From Promethearchaeota archaeon (GTDB lineage: Archaea > Asgardarchaeota > Lokiarchaeia > Sigyniarchaeales > SOKP01), in assembly GCA_016839765.1 (NCBI GenBank), contig JAEOTP010000051.1:1-37187 (forward strand): DNA of 37,187 bases. Direction: 5' to 3'. The number at the start of each line of letters is the position of its first letter. Within the stretch, counting starts at the first letter, position 1. The translations under genes and the position numbers were made by a program. Below the pieces are notes generated by a model. It was not told the DNA's origin and did not search any database. It saw nothing but the letters and a program-made list of their open reading frames with translations. This document shows, piece after piece, positions 9,668 to 19,166 of this stretch.

Positions 9668-9901
9668 GTGATAAAAAATATGGGTAAAATGAGCTTAGAA
9701 TTTGATGAGGCATTAGAATTATGTGAGCAAGTTCGTGCGAAGAATAAGAAAAAATCGATTTCTTTTAATAAAATGTGGTGTTGGGGCTGTGCAAAATTCA
9801 CTAAAAGTCCTGAGAAAAGATGTTTCGCAAATGCTGAAAATGGAAGCAATAATGGATGTGTTCAAGTCAATAAATTATATGAAAAGCTGAAAAACCTATA
9901 A
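9668..9901 (+). CDS. Small Cys-containing hypothetical protein (possible metal binder)
   Basis: 77 aa or fewer, 5 Cys including WCWGC; followed by a T-tract. Confidence 0.7.
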   Translation: MIKNMGKMSLEFDEALELCEQVRAKNKKKSISFNKMWCWGCAKFTKSPEKRCFANAENGSNNGCVQVNKLYEKLKNL

Positions 9902-10019
9902 AATTTCTTTTTTTTTGTTTTATTTTCCTACCACATCAGTGTTCATAGTGTATCCCGCTTTTAAGCTTAATTATTCATTTATCGATGATTATATATTTTA
10001 ATTAAGATATTATGTTTAT

Positions 10020-10403
10020 ATGAATAGAGAGATTAAACAATTAACTGAAAAATTTTTGGAGCAATTAAGAGCCTCAAAATATTTTTCCAAAACAGAGTTT
10101 GCTATCTTGTATGGGTCTTCTCTGAGCAAATATCATTTAGAAGATAGTGATATAGATATTTGCTTATTCATTGATGCTGAGAAGAGAACACTTTCAGAAA
10201 TACGATTAGAATTATTAAAAAAGTTTAATGATGAATTTGATATTCAAATGTTTCAATTACTCCCGTTATATGTTCAGATTGAGGTATTAAAAGGTAAAAT
10301 TCTTTATGTGAGGAATGAGGAAAAATTATATGAAATCGCTAACGAGACTATTGAAGAATATGAAGAATTTTATCCATTTTATTTAGACTATATTAATCGG
10401 TGA
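10020..10403 (+). CDS. mntA: MNT minimal nucleotidyltransferase antitoxin
   Basis: GS-X10-DXD motif (GSSLSKYHLEDSDID); overlaps the HEPN gene by GTGA. Confidence 0.88.
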   Translation: MNREIKQLTEKFLEQLRASKYFSKTEFAILYGSSLSKYHLEDSDIDICLFIDAEKRTLSEIRLELLKKFNDEFDIQMFQLLPLYVQIEVLKGKILYVRNEEKLYEIANETIEEYEEFYPFYLDYINR

Positions 10404-10831
10404 TAATTTTGAGAACTGATATTATTAAAACCAAACTTAAAATTATTAAAGAAAACGTTGAGTTAGTGGAGGAAAATCTTCCTGATGATGTGAATGAATT
10501 TAAAGTATTAGGTTTAGTAAAGGATGGTATTTATAAAAGAATTGAAACATCAATTCAAGAGGTTATGAGTATATGCTCAGTAATTAATACGGATTTAAAA
10601 TTAGGTATTCCCTCTAATAGAGAGGATATTATTATCTCATTAATAGAGAATAATATCTTATCAGGAAAAATGGGTGAAAAAGTTAAGGAGATGAAGGGGT
10701 TTCGAAATTTTTTAGTGCACCGTTATGGTAAGATTGATGATGGAGTTGCGTTTAAAGATATTAAAAAAGGACTCCCTGATTTCGAATTATTTAAGAAAGA
10801 GATTCTTAATTTTTTAAAAAAACATGATTAA
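10400..10831 (+). CDS. hepT: HEPN (DUF86) RNase toxin
   Basis: GFRNFLVHRYG = R-X4-H-X-Y motif; coupled to the MNT gene. Confidence 0.9.
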   Translation: MIILRTDIIKTKLKIIKENVELVEENLPDDVNEFKVLGLVKDGIYKRIETSIQEVMSICSVINTDLKLGIPSNREDIIISLIENNILSGKMGEKVKEMKGFRNFLVHRYGKIDDGVAFKDIKKGLPDFELFKKEILNFLKKHD

Positions 10832-10862
10832 ATCTATAAGATTCATGTGATTAAGTTAAAGC

Positions 10863-10885
10863 TCAATTTTTTAATTAAAAATTGA
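10863..10885. terminator. Possible bidirectional terminator between convergent genes
   Basis: TCAATTTTT-TAATT-AAAAATTGA inverted repeat with T-tracts on both strands. Confidence 0.4.
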
Positions 10886-10927
10886 TAACCAATTCATGAA
10901 TTTTTAAAAATTAATAAACAGATTCTT

Positions 10928-12229
10928 TTATGATATGAAGATTTTATTGAAATCCTCTTCAAGTTGATCGCGAAAATCAGGATGGGCAATATTAATCAAT
11001 GCTTTTGCACGTTGATGTATTGTTTTTCCACGTAAATTGGCAATACCATATTCAGTGACAACATAATGGACATCATTACGTGAAGTGGTTACACATGATC
11101 CTTCATTCAGTTTAGAAACTATTCGACTAATTGTTCCTTTTTTATTTGATGAGGGCAGAGCAATAATAGATTTACCTCCAGGAGATAAACTTGATGCTCG
11201 AACAAAATCGACTTGACCTCCAACGCCTGAATATTGTTGGTAACCTAGTGTATCCGCACACACCTGACCATATAAGTCCACTTGGAGGGCAGAATTAATA
11301 GAAACTAAGTTTTTAACTTTTCCAGCTATCATAACATTATTAGTGTAATCAACTGTATGCATTTCAACATTAGGGTTATTATCAACGAATTGGTAAAGTC
11401 TATTTGTACCCATTAAGAATGTGGCGATAAATTTACCAGGATGTAAATTATTATATTTATTTGTTATAACTCCTTTTTCATATAGCTCCACTACTCCATC
11501 AGAAAACATTTCGGTATGAATTCCTAAATCTTTCTTTTCGTGAAGAAACTTTAATGCAGCATCAGGAATTCCACCAATACCTAATTGAAGATTTGCCTGA
11601 TCTGGGATTAATGAAGCAATATAACGCCCGATCTTTTCTTCAACTTCCGTGATTTTTGGAAGAGGGATTTCTATTAAGGGCCTGTCAGTCTCAACAATAT
11701 AATCGATGTCTGAGATATGGATATTCGCACCATTGGTTCTAGGCATTTGCTTATTTACTTCAGCAATGACAACTTTCGAGGACTTTGCGGCTTGCACGGT
11801 ATAATCCACAGATATTCCATAGCTCATCAAACCTTGTTCGTCTGGGGGAGAAAGTTGAATAAGTGCGATATCTACAGGCAAAATGTTGTCTCTAAAAAGA
11901 CGTGGAATTTCAGAAAAATAGGTTGGAGTATAATCAGCTCTTCCCTCCCTTATTGCTTTTCGTGTTCCCGCTCCTGCAAATAAAGAATTATGGCGGAAAT
12001 GTGATTTCATTTCAGGTAAGCAATATTTACATTCTCTAAGAGGAACCATATGAACGATTTCAACATTTTGCAAGCGATCTTTTTGTCTTACAAGTTCGTC
12101 TACTAAAACAATTGGTTCCCCGGCAGCGTGTCCAAATACTACTCTATTTCCAGATTCTATATTTGAGACAGCCTCCTCTTTTGAGGTACATTTTTGAGAA
12201 TATTTTTCTTTCCAATCCATCATATACAT
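10928..12229 (-). CDS. Acetyl-CoA hydrolase/transferase family (4-hydroxybutyrate CoA-transferase-like)
   Basis: LQLGIGGIPDA, LGIHTEMFSDG (catalytic Glu), SGVGGQVDF, VVTEYGIANLRGK. Confidence 0.93.
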   Translation of the reverse strand: MYMMDWKEKYSQKCTSKEEAVSNIESGNRVVFGHAAGEPIVLVDELVRQKDRLQNVEIVHMVPLRECKYCLPEMKSHFRHNSLFAGAGTRKAIREGRADYTPTYFSEIPRLFRDNILPVDIALIQLSPPDEQGLMSYGISVDYTVQAAKSSKVVIAEVNKQMPRTNGANIHISDIDYIVETDRPLIEIPLPKITEVEEKIGRYIASLIPDQANLQLGIGGIPDAALKFLHEKKDLGIHTEMFSDGVVELYEKGVITNKYNNLHPGKFIATFLMGTNRLYQFVDNNPNVEMHTVDYTNNVMIAGKVKNLVSINSALQVDLYGQVCADTLGYQQYSGVGGQVDFVRASSLSPGGKSIIALPSSNKKGTISRIVSKLNEGSCVTTSRNDVHYVVTEYGIANLRGKTIHQRAKALINIAHPDFRDQLEEDFNKIFIS

Positions 12230-12270
12230 TACACCATATACTTATAAAAATTGTAACGCCTATTCATATA

Positions 12271-13095
12271 CTATTTTCTTTTTAAAAATTCGATTACTTT
12301 CTGGGTCCAAGGCTTAAGTTGTTGAATAATTAAACCATGGCCTGTATTCTCAAATAACATCAATTCAGCAGAAGGAATATTTTCAGCCAGAATTTTAGCA
12401 TTCTCAACTGGTAATATTTTATCTTCTGTTCCATGTAAAATTAAAGTTGGAATATTTATTTCTGATAATCTATCATAAGTTTCAAAAGTATCAACGTATG
12501 CTGATTGACCTTCAAAACCTTTGGGGGTTGGAGGATGAGCCATATAATTTTTGACTACTTTTTCAATAATATGAGGATTTCTTTTTTTATAATCCTCAGG
12601 AAATAAAGAATTAGTAAGTATTCGGGCCATTTCTTCGTATTTTCCTTCCTTCATAAGAGGCAACATCTTTGGGAATGGATTTTCTTCGGGGATAGGAGTA
12701 ACAACCCCATGAGAAGGACCGCACCAAGAAGAGGTGAGTATCAATTTAGTCACTCTATTAGGGTAATTAAGCACCATTTCTTGGGCTATACATCCTCCCA
12801 TCGAGAAGCCTAACAAATAAGTTTTGCTAATATCCAAAGCATCCATTAAAGCAATAGTGTCATCAGCCATCATTTTAGCATTATAATTTCCATCTGGGAT
12901 ATCAGTTCTCCCTGCACCTCTATTATCAAATAATATTGTTTTAAAAGATTTGGAAAATTGCTCAATACTATACGGTGGCCAACTATCTAATGAACTGCTA
13001 AGTCCACGAATTAAAATAAAAGGAATTCCTTCCCCATGAATTTTATAATAAATATTAATATCATTAACTTGAACTTTTGGCAATTTATTTTTCAC
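12271..13095 (-). CDS. Alpha/beta hydrolase
   Basis: FDNRGAGRT, nucleophile elbow GFSMGG, HGTEDKI, TGHG. Confidence 0.92.
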   Translation of the reverse strand: MKNKLPKVQVNDINIYYKIHGEGIPFILIRGLSSSLDSWPPYSIEQFSKSFKTILFDNRGAGRTDIPDGNYNAKMMADDTIALMDALDISKTYLLGFSMGGCIAQEMVLNYPNRVTKLILTSSWCGPSHGVVTPIPEENPFPKMLPLMKEGKYEEMARILTNSLFPEDYKKRNPHIIEKVVKNYMAHPPTPKGFEGQSAYVDTFETYDRLSEINIPTLILHGTEDKILPVENAKILAENIPSAELMLFENTGHGLIIQQLKPWTQKVIEFLKRK

Positions 13096-13203
13096 AATGG
13101 GCTATTTTTTCATTTATAAAGCTTTAATATAATTCTTTTTAAAAATTTTTTGTTAAATATTATAATTGAGGTTTAAACCCATCCTTAATAAAGAAACTTA
13201 TCA

Positions 13204-13243
13204 AATCTTTATAAAGATAAGATCAATCTTTATTAAGATAAGA
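13204..13243. promoter_or_regulatory. Tandem 19-bp repeat with palindromic core, candidate operator pair
   Basis: AATCTTTATAAAGATAAGA (13204-13222) and AATCTTTATTAAGATAAGA (13225-13243); core ATCTTTATAAAGAT is palindromic; divergent intergenic region. Confidence 0.5.
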
Positions 13244-13388
13244 GCCGAGTTGGATAAATAATGGTATTAAGTTAATAACTTCAATCTTTTAAACGAATAT
13301 GAAATCACTTATATTTAAAAAGGTAATAATATAAATCTAATATTTGATTAGAATCATCTAATTTATTATATTAAGGAGAAATAATAAT

Positions 13389-14015
13389 TTGTTTACTATT
13401 TGCACTGCTTTTGTTGAGGATGGTAAATTAGAGGAGTTTCTCAAAGATCTGCCAGAATCAGAAAAAAAATTTACTAGAGATATTGGTGTACTTTTTAGAA
13501 AATTCTTTCAGTGTCAAGTACAACCACATATTATTTGGTCTCTCACAGAATGGGTTAGTGGAAAAGCACATCATGATGCAGCTCAATCAATTCTGAAAAC
13601 TAGGAGGGATGATCGTTTTGCTTCCGTAGCATTTGGACCAGAACCATATTTCGAAATTTTTTGCAAGGCTGAAGAGGACCTTTCAATTGGAGAATATTCA
13701 GACTCATATGATTTTTTCATTGTTGTACATGTCTTAATTAATGATAAAGTTATAAAAGAATATCTAGATCTGAGAAAAGAAAGATGTGAAGAATTAAAAG
13801 ATAAATTGGAGTGGATGAGGATATTCCATAATTATTCTAATAATTCGGAATTTGTGGCTTTTTTGGGATTTTCACACGAGAATCGATTCGAGAAACTACG
13901 AAAAGTCGGAGAATTCTATTTAGAAGAATATTTATTCACGGGGATTAAAGAGCCACTTGGAATGTCTTATATTGCGAGCTATAATCAATTCATTTGTAGA
14001 TTAATTATTCTCTAA
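13389..14015 (+). CDS. Hypothetical protein, possibly duplicated dimeric alpha-beta barrel (ABM-like)
   Basis: TTG start after AAGGAG; two similar halves; LTEWVSGKAH resembles the ABM ExWxSxxAH pattern. Confidence 0.65.
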   Translation: MFTICTAFVEDGKLEEFLKDLPESEKKFTRDIGVLFRKFFQCQVQPHIIWSLTEWVSGKAHHDAAQSILKTRRDDRFASVAFGPEPYFEIFCKAEEDLSIGEYSDSYDFFIVVHVLINDKVIKEYLDLRKERCEELKDKLEWMRIFHNYSNNSEFVAFLGFSHENRFEKLRKVGEFYLEEYLFTGIKEPLGMSYIASYNQFICRLIIL

Positions 14016-14130
14016 TCGCCTTAATATACTTCCATTAGATAATTAATTAAAAAAAACAATCTAAAAATGTTTAATATTTAAAACAATTAATAAAAATTTG
14101 AAAACAAATTAAATTATCGAGTAGATTTGT

Positions 14131-14385
14131 ATGAAAAAATGGACAGCATTTACTATTGGAATAATTCTGGTTGTTATTTTTATAATAACAATGTTTGTAT
14201 TACCTCCGTTATTAGGGTGGTATTACCCTAATATTACAAGTTGGCAGGATTTTATAGATTCTATTAGCACACCAGAAGGCTTTATGGTTGGGATCGTTAC
14301 TGAGGTGATTCCGATTATATGCGTTACTATCGGAGCTATATTTCTTATAATTTTTGTGATTAAATTAATTCGAGGCAAAGAATAA
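14131..14385 (+). CDS. Small 2-TM membrane protein
   Basis: 84 aa, two hydrophobic helices, downstream T-tract. Confidence 0.7.
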   Translation: MKKWTAFTIGIILVVIFIITMFVLPPLLGWYYPNITSWQDFIDSISTPEGFMVGIVTEVIPIICVTIGAIFLIIFVIKLIRGKE

Positions 14386-14530
14386 GTATATAATAATTTT
14401 TTTAATTTTTTTTTATTTTCTTCTTGATTAGAGAGATAAATAACGATATGTTTCCTCTCTTTTTTCTTTTTCTATTTAAAAGGTTAATATTGTAAAGTTA
14501 ACACTATCTTTCCTTTATTTCCTTTATTCG

Positions 14531-14547
14531 AGTATAAGACTTATACT
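14531..14547. promoter_or_regulatory. Palindrome AGTATAAG-A-CTTATACT, candidate operator
   Basis: Perfect 8-bp arms about 90 nt upstream of the 14634 operon. Confidence 0.45.
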
Positions 14548-14633
14548 AGTGAATTAATGAAATTTTTTATTGAATAACATTTATAAAAAATAATAGAAAA
14601 TATTCAAAAATACAAATTAGGAAATAATATAAG

Positions 14634-14906
14634 ATGGAACCAATTGAATGGATATTTACAATTTTATCCTTTATAGCTTTTTATTTTTTCATAAGTAAAA
14701 AAGCAAGTCAGGCAAAATTTCGGATTATTGGACTGATTTTATCAATTATTATAGCAATTCTAATGGCAATTTTTAGTTTCTCGATTGAAGTTCTCAGTTT
14801 GGGAGTAATCAATATTTGTTATATCTTTCTTAACGGATATGGAATTTATAATTGCTACAAGGAAATAAAATTAAATAAAAAAGATATGAAAATTGGAGAG
14901 AATTAA
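14634..14906 (+). CDS. Small 3-TM membrane protein (possibly PnuC-like half transporter)
   Basis: IEWIFTILS...YIFLNGYGIYN pattern; TAATG overlap with the next gene. Confidence 0.6.
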   Translation: MEPIEWIFTILSFIAFYFFISKKASQAKFRIIGLILSIIIAILMAIFSFSIEVLSLGVINICYIFLNGYGIYNCYKEIKLNKKDMKIGEN

Positions 14907-15730
14907 TGACATCAAAAAAAAAGAAATCTCTTGGGAGTTATGAAATAGTTAAATTTCCCAAAGAGCGTAAGATGGTAATAGATATTATGGAACAGGGAAT
15001 GAAGAAGCATTACATTAAAGGATTAGTTGAATTTGATGTGACCCATGGAAGAGAACAGCTAAAAAGCTACAAATTGAAACATGGAAAAAAGTTATCTTTT
15101 ACTGGATGGCTTTTAAAATGCATTGGACAAGCTGCCAGTGAATATAAAGATGTCCATGCCTTAAAAAAGGGCAAGAATAAAATTTACAGATTTGATGATG
15201 CTGACATTTCAATTATAGTTGAGAAAATAATTGATGGTAAGAACATCCCGTTGGGGATTATAATCAGAAAAACAAATGAAAAATCTGTTGAAGAAATTAC
15301 TCACGAAATTAGAGATGCTCAAGCAGAAGCAGTTGATAAAGATATTTTGCTTGGGCTCAAAAAAGAAGAAAAATTTAAAAGAATCTTCACCTCTCTTCCT
15401 AAATTTATAAGAAAATTTACATACTGGAGATTTGGCAGGAATCCACTACTACTTAAAGATTTCGGGGGGACTATTTCCTTAACTTCCGTAGGGATGTTTG
15501 GAGACTTAACTGGGTGGGGAATTCCCATCGGAGTACAACCGTTAATGTTCGCTTTGGGGACTATCACAAAAAAACCAGTTGTAATTGAAGAGAAAATTGA
15601 AATTAGAGAAATTCTTCATACGACTATCTTATTTGATCATGATATCATAGACGGTGCTCCAGCAACACGATTTTTAACAAAATTAAAAGAATATATAGAG
15701 AGTGGATTTGGTCTTGATCAATACACATAA
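14906..15730 (+). CDS. 2-oxoacid dehydrogenase E2-type acyltransferase, catalytic domain only (paralog of 7141-7974)
   Basis: LSFTGWLLKCIG, GTISLTSVGMFG, FDHDIIDGAPATRF. Confidence 0.88.
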   Translation: MTSKKKKSLGSYEIVKFPKERKMVIDIMEQGMKKHYIKGLVEFDVTHGREQLKSYKLKHGKKLSFTGWLLKCIGQAASEYKDVHALKKGKNKIYRFDDADISIIVEKIIDGKNIPLGIIIRKTNEKSVEEITHEIRDAQAEAVDKDILLGLKKEEKFKRIFTSLPKFIRKFTYWRFGRNPLLLKDFGGTISLTSVGMFGDLTGWGIPIGVQPLMFALGTITKKPVVIEEKIEIREILHTTILFDHDIIDGAPATRFLTKLKEYIESGFGLDQYT

Positions 15731-15787
15731 ATGTCGGTTTTATGACCAAACCAAATAAGATATAGAAAATTTATATTCTAATACTTT

Positions 15788-15804
15788 AAAAAAAAAAAAA
15801 AAAA
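15788..15804 (-). terminator. T17 tract, archaeal-type terminator
   Basis: 17 A on plus strand, about 20 nt past the stop of 15826-16152 (-). Confidence 0.5.
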
Positions 15805-15825
15805 TAGTTTAAGATTTTTATTTAT

Positions 15826-16152
15826 TTATTCTGGCATTTTAAGCCCAACCATTGGCATTGCCTCTACCCCTGCCATGAACACTTCAATCTCATATTTGAG
15901 GGCTTTAACGAGATTGCCAAACATAAGCATTCGTCTGTATACTAAATCTAAAGTTTCCTGAAGTTTTCCTTCTTTAACATCATCTACGGCAAGCCCTTTA
16001 AAACCTTCCGTAGTCGCTTTGACACAGGCAGACACAACTGGTTTATATAAAGTTTTATCTGCTGGATATTTTTTCATAACTTCAAGATACGCCTTACCAA
16101 CTGCTTCAGCTTCGCTATGAGGCCATCGAGTGTGAATTAAAACAATAGGCAT
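15826..16152 (-). CDS. Hypothetical protein
   Basis: 108-aa ORF, clear AAGGAG RBS, globular composition. Confidence 0.8.
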   Translation of the reverse strand: MPIVLIHTRWPHSEAEAVGKAYLEVMKKYPADKTLYKPVVSACVKATTEGFKGLAVDDVKEGKLQETLDLVYRRMLMFGNLVKALKYEIEVFMAGVEAMPMVGLKMPE

Positions 16153-16408
16153 ATTTCTTAACTCCTTTATTTTTTATTGATATAGATAATTGAATTTAGA
16201 AGAGATTTTACCCTCTTTTTTAAATTTTCTAAAAATTTGTTAAAAATATTTTTTAAATTTCAATAAGAACAATATTAATTTAAAGATTTTCTCTCTCCAC
16301 TTAAATATCGAATTTCTAATTGATTTGATATATAATTTAAATTTATCATGCAAAACTAGACGGGGAATTAAAGCTACTAGGTTAGAATAAACAGATTTAA
16401 AAAAATCA

Positions 16409-17098
16409 TTAAGTTATTGAATTACCACAATTTGCGCAAAATTGTGCAGATCTTTGAATTTTAATTCCACAAAAAGGGCAAAATTTTACTTCGTTTTGTT
16501 CTACTAAAGCATCCTTCTCAACTTTTTTTTCTTGGTAATGAGTTTTAGCATAAATTTCCTTTCGAATAATTTGATCTTTTTGTTTCTTCCTTAGTAATAA
16601 AAGGATAAACATTCCAACTAAGAAAATAATTGAACTCGGCAATATCAGAACTAATAAATATATTCCCCCAAAAAATGGAGTAAGGGGTGCTGTAGCAGTA
16701 TTTGTTTTCCCCCAATCTACTCTTATATCAAAATATCCTGAATATAATTTAGATATAATCAGAATATAGTAATTTCCGCTCCTAGATGGCACAAAATTCA
16801 TAATATCACCCGTATTAGAATTACTATCGACCATTTGTCCTGCTACGACATAGGGGTTAGGGCTTATTTTTATTTTAATGTCCATCTCCCAAATTAGATC
16901 TACATCTACATTGATTGTATATTCTAGCCCTTCTATTAACGGTATCACATACATTCTTGGTGAAGATCTACTTGTATGTTGATCTGTTAAAGGCGTATCG
17001 AGATCTAGGCTTTTAGCAAAAGTATAAGGAAGTGGTGTTGAAAATATTAAAGGGATTATAGAAAGTACAACTACTATTACATAAAATTTGGATTTCAT
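16409..17098 (-). CDS. Single-pass membrane protein with C-terminal zinc ribbon
   Basis: Signal peptide, beta-rich ectodomain, TM (IYLLVLILPSSIIFLVGMFILLLL-RKK), CPFCG...CANCG tail. Confidence 0.82.
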   Translation of the reverse strand: MKSKFYVIVVVLSIIPLIFSTPLPYTFAKSLDLDTPLTDQHTSRSSPRMYVIPLIEGLEYTINVDVDLIWEMDIKIKISPNPYVVAGQMVDSNSNTGDIMNFVPSRSGNYYILIISKLYSGYFDIRVDWGKTNTATAPLTPFFGGIYLLVLILPSSIIFLVGMFILLLLRKKQKDQIIRKEIYAKTHYQEKKVEKDALVEQNEVKFCPFCGIKIQRSAQFCANCGNSIT

Positions 17099-17247
17099 AG
17101 TTCTTCTTATTATAATTAATTTCTTTTGGAATTATATAAAAAATGTTGTATTATTGGATACAATGGATCTTATAAATTTTTTAATTTAAAATTTTTATTA
17201 TAAATAATTTATTATAATTAAATATTCAAATAATTGGTGAAGTAAAA

Positions 17248-17838
17248 TTGAGTTTAAAATTGGAGGATGTAAGAGAAGAAGATAGAGGAATTCTTGCTCC
17301 TTGTGGTATTCTTTGTCTAGGATGCGATATCCATATTGGAGAGGGAGTCGAAGCCGCTAAACAGCTTAAGAAAATTTGGGAAGGGTGGAATATGGAAGAT
17401 CTTGGCCCACTACTGGGTTTGAGACTTAAAGGCATACAATCAACGCTGAAAACGTTAAATAAATACATAGATATGAATAAACGGGGAAACTGTCCTGGTT
17501 GTTCTCAAGGAGCTCCTATGGCTAATGCATGCGGGATAGCTTTATGTGTTAAATCCAAAGGATACTGGACCTGTGCTGAATGTGATGATTATAATCCAGA
17601 TTCAGATAGTCCCTGTCCACATTCAAAAGAGGGAGTAGTACCAACCAGCGATAGTAGTAAAATGATGAAAATAATTTCTGCTCGTTATAGTGGAAACACT
17701 ATTGAGAATTTGAAAAGATGTCGAGAAATCGGATATTCAGATTTTATCAATGAAGCACAAGAAAAGGTCAAAAATGGATGGAGAACGTGGCAGGTAGTTA
17801 GTAGAGATATGCTTTTCACTGAAGCAACAAAAAAATAA
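17248..17838 (+). CDS. DUF3795-like Cys-rich protein
   Basis: APCGILCLGC, CPGC, CGIALC, TCAECDDY, PCP. Confidence 0.8.
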   Translation: MSLKLEDVREEDRGILAPCGILCLGCDIHIGEGVEAAKQLKKIWEGWNMEDLGPLLGLRLKGIQSTLKTLNKYIDMNKRGNCPGCSQGAPMANACGIALCVKSKGYWTCAECDDYNPDSDSPCPHSKEGVVPTSDSSKMMKIISARYSGNTIENLKRCREIGYSDFINEAQEKVKNGWRTWQVVSRDMLFTEATKK

Positions 17839-17979
17839 ATTAATTTTATTTTATTTATTTGAGATATTATTTATTATAAAAAAAAGTTTCAAACACATTT
17901 CACCAGAATCCCTAGTCTACATTATCTTTTATTTTTCATAATACGAATTAATTTATTATCAGATGGCTCTTTTTTTAAT

Positions 17980-18561
17980 ATGTCTATTATAATAATTGTT
18001 TTAATTGTAGCTCTTGGAATAATTTCTCTTTGGTTCGCTTGGGGATTGATATCACCGCATATCTGGGAACAACCGGAATATGAAGTTTTAAAACGTTTGG
18101 ATAAAGTTGAAATTAGGCAATACAAACAATCCAAAATCCTAACTACTAGAGCATCGACATCAAGTAATGCTTTTTCAAAACTTGCCTCTTACATTTTTGG
18201 CAAGAATGAAGAAAAAGAGAAAATTGCTATGACTACACCAGTTTTAACAGAAACTACAGAGGATAATGATATAAGAATGGTTTTTTATCTACCTAAAAAA
18301 TACCATATTAAAGATACACCCACGCCTTACATTGAAGATATTAAAACTGAAAAACAAGATGAAAAAATTGTGGCAATCTTGAGATTCTATGGAAGAATGA
18401 CCAACAAAAAGAGGGAAAAATATATAGAAAAATTGCTAGGTATTTTGCAAGATAATAATGTTCAAACAAAAGGTAGCCTTTTCTATTTAAATTATAGTGA
18501 TCCTTTCGTTCCCCCACCCTTACGGCGCAATGAAATCGGAATTGAAATAAATGTGAATTAA
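17980..18561 (+). CDS. SOUL heme-binding family protein, N-terminally anchored
   Basis: EQPEYEVL, EIRQY, AFSKLASYIFGKN, KIAMTTPV, PPPLRRNEI. Confidence 0.9.
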   Translation: MSIIIIVLIVALGIISLWFAWGLISPHIWEQPEYEVLKRLDKVEIRQYKQSKILTTRASTSSNAFSKLASYIFGKNEEKEKIAMTTPVLTETTEDNDIRMVFYLPKKYHIKDTPTPYIEDIKTEKQDEKIVAILRFYGRMTNKKREKYIEKLLGILQDNNVQTKGSLFYLNYSDPFVPPPLRRNEIGIEINVN

Positions 18562-18625
18562 TACTCATTAAGAGTTATAAAATATAAATAGAACTTTTTA
18601 TTAGCTTGATTTTTTTATTATTGAT

Positions 18626-19048
18626 ATGACAGAGCTTAAAACTAAACCTAATGATCAGAGTGTTGATGAGTTTCTTAGAAAAGTTGAAAATCCAAAAAGG
18701 CGAAGTGATAGTTTTGAGATTTTAAAATTAATGCGGGAAGTCACTCAGGAAGAACCCATTATGTGGGGAGACAGTATTGTGGGCTTCGGCAGTTACCATT
18801 ATAAATATGCAAGCGGACGCGAAGGGGATTGGTTCCAAATTGGATTTTCACCTAGAAAACAGAGCCTTACAATTTATGTTGTGCCTGAACTTGATAGATT
18901 TGAGGAGATACTTAATAGATTAGGAAAATTTAAGACTGGCAAATCCTGTTTATATATTAACAAATTACAGGATATTAATATCTCAACCTTAAAAGAGCTA
19001 ATGGAAGAAGCTATTATATATCTTAGAGAACAATATATTGAAATATAG
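18626..19048 (+). CDS. DUF1801 (YdhG-like) protein
   Basis: MWGDSIVGFGSYHYKYASGREGDW, GFSPRK, LGKFKTGKSCLYINKL. Confidence 0.88.
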   Translation: MTELKTKPNDQSVDEFLRKVENPKRRSDSFEILKLMREVTQEEPIMWGDSIVGFGSYHYKYASGREGDWFQIGFSPRKQSLTIYVVPELDRFEEILNRLGKFKTGKSCLYINKLQDINISTLKELMEEAIIYLREQYIEI

Positions 19049-19166
19049 AATACAGTATTAGTCATCAAATAAAAATAGATTTATAATAATACTTTTTTCT
19101 TATCCATCTAAAAAATTATAAACTACTAATATATAAGTATCTTGCAATAACAACAAAATATTAAAA

